Part shown: positions 19,175-25,351 of the stretch, piece by piece
How positions within the stretch are numbered: position 1 is the first letter of the stretch
Layout of the letters: each line of letters starts with the position of its first letter
NCBI GenBank assembly: GCA_035446665.1
Contig: DAOTFQ010000001.1
Coordinates: 1-37,514 of the forward strand
Source of the DNA: Candidatus Dojkabacteria bacterium
Lineage (GTDB): Bacteria > Patescibacteriota > Dojkabacteria > SC72
Direction: 5' to 3'
DNA length: 37,514 nt
Notes under the pieces: model-generated
The model's database searches: none
Seen by the model: the letters and a program-made list of their open reading frames with translations, nothing else
What the model was told of the DNA's origin: nothing
Made by a program: the position numbers and the translations under genes

Positions 19175-19411
19175 TTATATTCCTCTAAATGGATTTGAAA
19201 GTCTAAGAGAGGAGACTGCCTTTCTTATCTTTGGACTCCCCCTTCCCTTTGGAATGCTCGGTCTGTTTTGTTGTTTCTCCTCAGCTTTTGATAGCAGAGA
19301 GAGGTCCATTCCTTGTTGAATTGGATCTATCTTTTTAGGATTAACGCCCTCTGTTACAAGGTAGTTGGAGACCTCAAAATCTCCACCGTTGTTTGTATTA
19401 GAGTTGCTCAT
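19175..19411 (-). CDS. Small hypothetical protein (78 aa from the internal ATG), translationally coupled to the VirB4-like gene
   Basis: The track ORF is 19175-19435. The ATG at 19409-19411 is preceded by GAGGA with a 5-nt spacer and lies 14 nt inside the VirB4-like 3' end. No TM is present. The C-terminus is basic (PKGRGSPKIRK). Confidence 0.4.
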   Translation of the reverse strand: MSNSNTNNGGDFEVSNYLVTEGVNPKKIDPIQQGMDLSLLSKAEEKQQNRPSIPKGRGSPKIRKAVSSLRLSNPFRGI

Positions 19412-21878
19412 TCTTATCCTCTGGATAACTTTCAATTAATCCCTGCGGAGTTAAATGTGTTTTACCTTTCTGAATATCTTCACGAGATTGGACTGCCTGG
19501 CCGGAGATGGTATTGCTTTTAATCCTATCTAAGACACTTTTCTCTTTTTCCAATTTGTCCGGATTTAGCTGCTCTTCTTGTTCTCTTAGTTTTTTTTCTA
19601 TCTCCTTCTGGTATTCTGTCCTCTCCATCTGTATGGTGTCTCTCTGTTCCTGAGTTCTCTGCACAGCTTCTTCAATTATTTCTTCTTGTCTGGACATCCC
19701 CTTCCTGTCCTTCATAGTTCTCTGTTCTGTTGGAGGTTCATATATTTCAGACAACTCTTCTAGTGTTCTAGTATCTGTTTGACCTTCCCTTTCTCTAAGT
19801 TTTTCTAGGTCTCGAGGGTCAGAGGTTATTAATTCATGTTCAGATAAACTAGATAAGACTTGGATTCCCACATGATTGGAACCTGCAAAGAACAATCCCT
19901 GTCCTTGATCGCAGTTAAGTAGGAAGTTCTTCTCTCCGTCAGAGAGGTTAAAGACCTGTTGCAGTTTCTCCACTGCTGTTGGGCTTTGCATCATTAGCAT
20001 CTGTATGGAAGAGTTTGAGATTATTGCTTTACCCATATCATTGTTTAAGAAGTCTGCAACGTCTTGGGTGATTGTTGATAGCCCAAGGTAATATTTTCTT
20101 GCTCTTTTTGCAATCGAATACATAAACTTAGCAGAGTCTTCAGATTGCATCATGTACCAAGCCTCGTCCACTATCAATAATCTTCTCTTTCTTTCCTTTC
20201 TAATCTTGGTCCATATGAAGTCCAGCATGAGATACATAGCAAGAGGTTTTAACTCTTCCTGTAGGTCTCTAACACTAAAGACTGTAAAAGGATTGTTTAT
20301 CTCAAAGTTACTAGCTTCGTTGAAAACCCCAGCACCACTTCCAATGATATATTTCTCCAACCTTCTTGCGAGACCATGAGCCTCTGTTTCTGCCATTCCC
20401 TTTAAGACCTTGTATAAATCTTCTAGAAGGGGAGGAGTTTTGGTTTGTGTGTTAGGGTCAAATGTTATTCCTTTCTCACGATAGGTGAGTATAAGTGCTC
20501 GATCTAGAATAGAGGCCTCTATGTTAGAAAGTTGGCCGAGCATAACCTTAAAGAATCCCTGTAAAGCCAGGAGTTTCATTCTTAGTTCATCATCCCCCTC
20601 ATCTTTTACTCCTGAAAGTTCGAATGGATTCATTTTGTTACCTTTATCTTGGGAGAATGAGATATATGCTCCATTAACAGCTTTTGCTAAGTCTTCATAT
20701 TCTCGTTCTGGGTCAATGATAAGAATCTCTGTCCCAAGCATTAGGCTTCTTACAGCTTCCAGTTTGACGAAATAACTCTTACCAGCTCCAGACTTTGCAA
20801 ATATAACTGCATTAGCATTCTCCAAATCGAAACGGTCAAAGATTACCAAACTTCTATTATGGAGATTTAGCCCATACATAATTCCATGATCCATGGTAAG
20901 TTCAGAAGTTACGAATGGGAATGTGGTTGCCAGAGAGGTAGTATCCATATTTCTAGTTATGTACATACTGTCTAGCCCAAGTGGTTGTGAACTTATGAAT
21001 CCTTGCTCCTGTTGTAAGGTCGCAGGTTTTGCGGTTACATTTATAGCGGCTAGAGTTGAGGTGACATTTCTAGAAATCTTCTCAAGAGTATCTTTGTCTC
21101 GAGCATAGAGGGTTATGTACATAGAGAAGTGGAAGAACTTTTCTGTTCCTTCTGCAATAGAATCTTGTAGTTGTTGAGCGTCTGCTAGAGCAACCTTTAG
21201 TGAAGGATCTACAACTTTTCTATCCTCCATCTGTGAATAGAGAGAAGCCTCCATTTCTCCAATTTTCTTTTTAAGTTTTTCTAAAATAGTTTTATTATCT
21301 ACGGGATAGTAGAAGGTACTGATTCTTAAGGAGTGTTCAAAATTAATTATTGGGGAGAGCCAATTAGGTCCAACAAATCTAGGGTAACCACTCACAAATA
21401 ATGTCTTGAAGAAGTAGTCTCCTATCTGTAAGTGATTAAAATCTATTTCCAGATCTATTGGGGCAACTATGTCTTGTATGGACATATCGGATGGGATTAA
21501 TTCTCTTACACTATGTGGGTCATTGTCCACGTAGTTGCTTTCCTCAAAATCCTCATCTTTGTTCTCTTCTTCTTCCGGTTTTTCTTCTGGTTCATTTTTA
21601 TTTGATTTCCCAAGCAACTCAGTGAGGTTATCCATAACTTTTGTGATAATATTCCCCCCTTTCTTCTTTTTCTCTTCCTCTTCTAAAACCTTGGTATCAT
21701 TGTATCTGATTTTATCTTCTTTGGTCTCCTCTTTTACTTCCTCTTTAAGTTTTGAAACCTCTTGTTGGAATGTGACATACTTCTCTCCAGTTGTCTTAAA
21801 CTGTTCGGAGTGTTGTTCCAACTTTTGAGTGGTTTTGGTCTCAAATGATTTGTTATAGTTGTTTTGTATCTCATCCAT
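19398..21878 (-). CDS. VirB4/TrbE/CagE-like type IV secretion ATPase with long charged N- and C-terminal extensions
   Basis: 826 aa. The VirB4-type N-domain reads LQIGDYFFKTLFVSGYPRFVGPNWL. Walker A is AKSGAGKS (20775-20798), Walker B is RRLLIVDEAW (~20163-20180), and an STITQDVADF motif is present. Aa 1-125 and aa ~690-826 are E/K/Q-rich and probably coiled or disordered. Confidence 0.85.
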   Translation of the reverse strand: MDEIQNNYNKSFETKTTQKLEQHSEQFKTTGEKYVTFQQEVSKLKEEVKEETKEDKIRYNDTKVLEEEEKKKKGGNIITKVMDNLTELLGKSNKNEPEEKPEEEENKDEDFEESNYVDNDPHSVRELIPSDMSIQDIVAPIDLEIDFNHLQIGDYFFKTLFVSGYPRFVGPNWLSPIINFEHSLRISTFYYPVDNKTILEKLKKKIGEMEASLYSQMEDRKVVDPSLKVALADAQQLQDSIAEGTEKFFHFSMYITLYARDKDTLEKISRNVTSTLAAINVTAKPATLQQEQGFISSQPLGLDSMYITRNMDTTSLATTFPFVTSELTMDHGIMYGLNLHNRSLVIFDRFDLENANAVIFAKSGAGKSYFVKLEAVRSLMLGTEILIIDPEREYEDLAKAVNGAYISFSQDKGNKMNPFELSGVKDEGDDELRMKLLALQGFFKVMLGQLSNIEASILDRALILTYREKGITFDPNTQTKTPPLLEDLYKVLKGMAETEAHGLARRLEKYIIGSGAGVFNEASNFEINNPFTVFSVRDLQEELKPLAMYLMLDFIWTKIRKERKRRLLIVDEAWYMMQSEDSAKFMYSIAKRARKYYLGLSTITQDVADFLNNDMGKAIISNSSIQMLMMQSPTAVEKLQQVFNLSDGEKNFLLNCDQGQGLFFAGSNHVGIQVLSSLSEHELITSDPRDLEKLREREGQTDTRTLEELSEIYEPPTEQRTMKDRKGMSRQEEIIEEAVQRTQEQRDTIQMERTEYQKEIEKKLREQEEQLNPDKLEKEKSVLDRIKSNTISGQAVQSREDIQKGKTHLTPQGLIESYPEDKNEQL

Positions 21879-22519
21879 TATTCTTCTTCATCAGGGTTAT
21901 ATATTGTATAGAATTCTGATAATAACTCCTTAGTTGTCAACTGGTGGCCGAAAAGACCCATTCTACTAAGTTGTTTAAGGATGTGATCTCTTTTAGGGAA
22001 CAGAAATATCTTTGCTTTCTCTAACAATTGATCCATTTTCATTTGGCTCATTCTCTCTTGCTCCTCTTTGTTTTTCTTTGAATCTAAGATATTGGCTCCT
22101 GGTATAGGTGCTCCTGGGCTGTAAGGAACGACTATGAAGAAGTTCTTGTCGAGGACATCATTTTGGATAATTAATTTCTGAACGAAGTTTGTGTATATAT
22201 TCAACTGCTTTTTGAGGCCTTCACTCATCTGTCTCTGGTCCATAGTAGTTTTTAAGTAGTCTATGTAGTTTGATATATCTATTCTTTTTGTTCTAATGAG
22301 AATCTGTATTCTAAAATTGAGAGAGTTTAGGAGTCCAGCAAAGGCATATATCTTATTGTCTTGTTCATACTCTGCAAGGAGGTCAAAGTTGATAGAAGAT
22401 GTTTGTATAACCATTGCCACACCGCCTTGTGTAGTTATTATTAAATCATCTTGGATATCTTTTATCCCGAGGTGATCTTGTGTTGATGCTGTTGCTCTTG
22501 CTCTCGCTTTTTTATCCAC
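21878..22519 (-). CDS. Hypothetical soluble protein resembling the N-terminal domain of monoderm VirB4-type ATPases
   Basis: 213 aa. A GTG start at 22517-22519 lies 1 nt after the upstream TAG. Its TAA overlaps the VirB4-like ATG (TAATG). The pattern IKDIQDDLIITTQGGVAMVIQTSSINFDLLAEYEQD..IYAFAGLLNSLNFRIQILIRTKRIDISNYIDYL recalls the first ~200 aa of Gram-positive conjugative VirB4 homologues. This is from memory only. Confidence 0.65.
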   Translation of the reverse strand: MDKKARARATASTQDHLGIKDIQDDLIITTQGGVAMVIQTSSINFDLLAEYEQDNKIYAFAGLLNSLNFRIQILIRTKRIDISNYIDYLKTTMDQRQMSEGLKKQLNIYTNFVQKLIIQNDVLDKNFFIVVPYSPGAPIPGANILDSKKNKEEQERMSQMKMDQLLEKAKIFLFPKRDHILKQLSRMGLFGHQLTTKELLSEFYTIYNPDEEE

Positions 22520-22520
22520 C

Positions 22521-23357
22521 CTATACAGTACTAATTTTAATTGGCAACTTATTTTTCTTATTTGTCACTTCTAGCTGAACCTTCGGGAATTCATATGTAG
22601 GATGTTGAAATTCTAGCATATATATCCCAGGTTCCCATAATTTGTTTGTTAGGAAATAACCACTTTCTCCAGTTTTGTTTGCATAAAGGATTTTACCATC
22701 TGAAGACTTTAAATATACAATGACATTTGGAACTGGTTTCGAATCCTTAGTTGATAACCAAAAATTTATATTTCCAGGTAATTTGTCTGTACTTGCTATA
22801 TTGAATTGGTACTTAGATATATTCTCTTCTGTAATTATGAGGATGTTAGAAGAGGGTAGAACTGCAGTAAGTTGTGGATCTACATTAAGTTCCTCATCTA
22901 GCATATCCCTAGGGTCATTATCTTCAATCTCAACTGCATCCTTCCTTGTGGGAAGACTCTCCCCGATAATTTTCTTCTTTTTAGTTTTAATATCTTTGGG
23001 AATTAATTTACCCTCTTCATCTGGTTTAAGCTCTGGTTTGGCTCCTTTTTCTTTTAGTTCCTTATTTAACCAGACTCTCTGTGTAGGGTTCGTTATAGCT
23101 GTGATGTAATTTTTTATGAAGACGTCTGCATCCTGCTCGTTTATTGGAACAAGACCAAGGAAAGCCCCTAGTCCAGATGACACAACAAAAATAGGAATTC
23201 CAAGTATAGGAGGGATGATGTCTGACACTACTAGGTATATCATGATACCTCCAATACCGAATCCTATTGCTAGGTAAGCAAATTCCTTGAGAGTAAACTT
23301 TGTAAAGAGTTTAAACTCAACGTCCAGTATATTTTGCGGAATTGCATGTTGTCTCAT
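22521..23357 (-). CDS. PrgI/VirB3-like two-TM protein fused to a C-terminal carboxypeptidase-regulatory-like beta-sandwich
   Basis: 278 aa. The N-terminus (HAIPQNILDVEFKLFTKFTLKEFAYLAIGFGIGG...) plus two TMs is the PrgI-family pattern. A K/E-rich linker follows. The C-terminus (NVIVYLKSSDGKILYANKTGESGYFLTNKLWEPGIYMLEF, nt ~22563-22775) looks CarboxypepD_reg-like. Confidence 0.7.
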   Translation of the reverse strand: MRQHAIPQNILDVEFKLFTKFTLKEFAYLAIGFGIGGIMIYLVVSDIIPPILGIPIFVVSSGLGAFLGLVPINEQDADVFIKNYITAITNPTQRVWLNKELKEKGAKPELKPDEEGKLIPKDIKTKKKKIIGESLPTRKDAVEIEDNDPRDMLDEELNVDPQLTAVLPSSNILIITEENISKYQFNIASTDKLPGNINFWLSTKDSKPVPNVIVYLKSSDGKILYANKTGESGYFLTNKLWEPGIYMLEFQHPTYEFPKVQLEVTNKKNKLPIKISTV

Positions 23358-23479
23358 ATGTAGGCAGATTTTACTATTTTTTCTATATAAAGTTTACCAG
23401 AATATTGAATATACTTACAATGTTGGGTGTTTTTAAATTCTAATCTAAAGACTTTATTGCAATGGTTAGGTTTTAGAAG

Positions 23480-23491
23480 TGGTATCATAAT
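23480..23491 (+). promoter_or_regulatory. Extended -10-like box (TGgTATCAT / CATAAT) 6-9 nt upstream of the nucleotidyltransferase gene ATG
   Basis: TGgTATCAT at 23480-23488 overlaps CATAAT at 23486-23491. The ATG is at 23498 and there is no SD. Confidence 0.3.
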
Positions 23492-23497
23492 GGTTGT

Positions 23498-24304
23498 ATG
23501 GCAATCAGATACGAAAAATTTGAAGAACTTCTTAAATTTAGAAAAGCAATGGGATTAAGTCTCTCCAGAGAGAGGATTAAATATATCTGGGGGAGGCGGT
23601 TTCTTAGAGAAGTGGATGAACTAGAAATAAATGGGAGTGGGTACGATTTTCCTGTTAATAAAAATAGCAAAGATTTAGGGAAGGAGTCTTTAGAGAAGTT
23701 AGAAATAGCGAAAGGGGAACTCTCTAAGCTCAAGGTATTTAATTGGGTTAGGTTTGTGGGCGTGTCTGGTTCTGTTGCAGCTGGCTTTGCAAAGGAGAGT
23801 GACGATATCGATATTTTTGTAGTAGTTAGGAATGGGACCATGTGGCTTTACAGGGGGATTATTGTGTTCAGAAATATCTTTCATAACAAGATTCGAGCAA
23901 AAAGACATAAGGATGTAAGGGATAAGTTATGTGTAAATTTAATCTGTGAGGAGCGTGGCCTAGAATTCCCAAATGACATTTTTAATATGCATGAACTACT
24001 CTTCCTAATCCCTATATATAATGAAAAGTACAAGAGGTATGTTCTCTCCATGAATCCCTGGTTAGAAAGTGATTTCTGTGTTAAGAAGGAATTGCTTAGG
24101 TCAAGAACGGTACCCAAGAAAAAGGTTTTCTTTGTGCTTAGATTTTTTAACTTTCTTGCCTTTGTTGGACAGTTAATCTTTATGTTTATCTCTGGGCATA
24201 ATCCCGAAACCAAGAGGCTAGTCGAGAACTATAGAAAAGGGAGGATAGAATTTTTTGAATACGAATTTCGAGTAGAGAAGTTGAAGGGATATCTCAATGA
24301 ATAG
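23498..24304 (+). CDS. Pol-beta-superfamily nucleotidyltransferase-like protein with a C-terminal hydrophobic segment
   Basis: 268 aa. GVSGSVAAGFAKESDDIDIFVVV fits the G-S...D-x-D minimal NTase motif. A hydrophobic stretch (VFFVLRFFNFLAFVGQLIFMFIS) lies near the C-terminus. The stop abuts the convergent recF stop. Confidence 0.6.
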   Translation: MAIRYEKFEELLKFRKAMGLSLSRERIKYIWGRRFLREVDELEINGSGYDFPVNKNSKDLGKESLEKLEIAKGELSKLKVFNWVRFVGVSGSVAAGFAKESDDIDIFVVVRNGTMWLYRGIIVFRNIFHNKIRAKRHKDVRDKLCVNLICEERGLEFPNDIFNMHELLFLIPIYNEKYKRYVLSMNPWLESDFCVKKELLRSRTVPKKKVFFVLRFFNFLAFVGQLIFMFISGHNPETKRLVENYRKGRIEFFEYEFRVEKLKGYLNE

Positions 24305-25351
24305 CTACTCAAAGGAGTTTAGATTTATTAGTTGTGCTTTCTCTAAGACCTCCTTAGGGAGTCTTTTGTAATCAACTATTGTTATGAAGGTTTGTTGTTT
24401 AGCAAGAAAGTCTTTGTCAAAAACCTTTCTGGTGTTCTCTCTGTCCAACTCTGAGGAAATATCGTCTAGCAAAAGTAGGGGGTAGAAGCCTAATTTCTTT
24501 GCTACTAGTTCCTGCTTATTAAATAGTAGTTGCCCAATGGATAGTCTTTTCTCGCCTCTTGAACCGAACTTTTTAATATCCATTCCGTTTATCAGATTCC
24601 AATCATCTCTGTGTGGTCCAATGTTTGTGTATCCTGTTGCAATATCTCTTTTTTTAGATGCTTCTATTTTCTCCTCTAGAGGAGTTTCTTCATTTGATTT
24701 TATATATTCGATTCGGATATTGTTTGAGGAGAGTTCGTTACATAACTCAACTCTTTTTTCTTGTATCTCCTCTGCGAGTTTTGTGAACTTTTCTGTCCAA
24801 AAATTCAGTTGAGTGTCATTTCTTGCTACAATTCCTTTCTCGTAAAAATCTTTTGAAAGTTTTTTGAGGTAGGCATTTCTTTGCCTTAATGTCTTTTTAA
24901 AGGTTTTGAGAGTGTCAGAGTAATCATAATTTATTAAAGAGATTGTCTCATCTAAGAAATCTCTTCTCTTACTCGGAGAAATCATTAATATCTCTATTTG
25001 TTCGGGATTGAAAATTGTGGATGCAGTTTCTTCAAAGAATTTTTTGGGCGTGGTCTTTTTTGAATCTATTTGGAATATTCGTCTACCATTATTTTTGAAA
25101 AAGGAGAATGTCTTCTCATCTATGGTTATTTCTATGCGAGTATATTTTTTTTCATCTTCCTGATCTGTGGAGATGTACTCATCTGAGGAGGCCCATGGAG
25201 AGGAACCATTTGTTATCAACATAATGGATTCTAGGATTGTGCTTTTACCCTGTGCGTTGTCACCGTATAGTACTACAATATTCTTCTCTATGGGAATTTC
25301 TATCTCGCTAAATTTCCTAAAATTTGAGAGTTTTATATTTTTAATAATCAT
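24305..25351 (-). CDS. recF: DNA replication and repair protein RecF
   Basis: 348 aa with LSNFRKF, GDNAQGKSTILESI (Walker A), IGPHRDDW, GSRGEKRLSIGQLL and LLLLDDISSELD motifs. The ATG overlaps the lepA stop by 1 nt. Confidence 0.9.
   Translation of the reverse strand: MIIKNIKLSNFRKFSEIEIPIEKNIVVLYGDNAQGKSTILESIMLITNGSSPWASSDEYISTDQEDEKKYTRIEITIDEKTFSFFKNNGRRIFQIDSKKTTPKKFFEETASTIFNPEQIEILMISPSKRRDFLDETISLINYDYSDTLKTFKKTLRQRNAYLKKLSKDFYEKGIVARNDTQLNFWTEKFTKLAEEIQEKRVELCNELSSNNIRIEYIKSNEETPLEEKIEASKKRDIATGYTNIGPHRDDWNLINGMDIKKFGSRGEKRLSIGQLLFNKQELVAKKLGFYPLLLLDDISSELDRENTRKVFDKDFLAKQQTFITIVDYKRLPKEVLEKAQLINLNSFE

Noticed and set aside
20152-21828. Several 70-97-aa plus-strand ORFs inside the VirB4-like gene
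   Set aside because: They are embedded antisense to a gene with Walker A/B and VirB4 motifs. Their low-complexity Ser/Phe-rich content mirrors the E/K-rich regions.
24305-25351. Possibility that the 348-aa ABC-type ATPase is a defence-system ATPase paired with the adjacent nucleotidyltransferase
   Set aside because: The sequence carries the full RecF signature set (NFRKF, GxNxQGKS, GPHRDD, LLLDDxxSELD). It is convergent to the NTase gene, not co-transcribed with it, and it is coupled to lepA.
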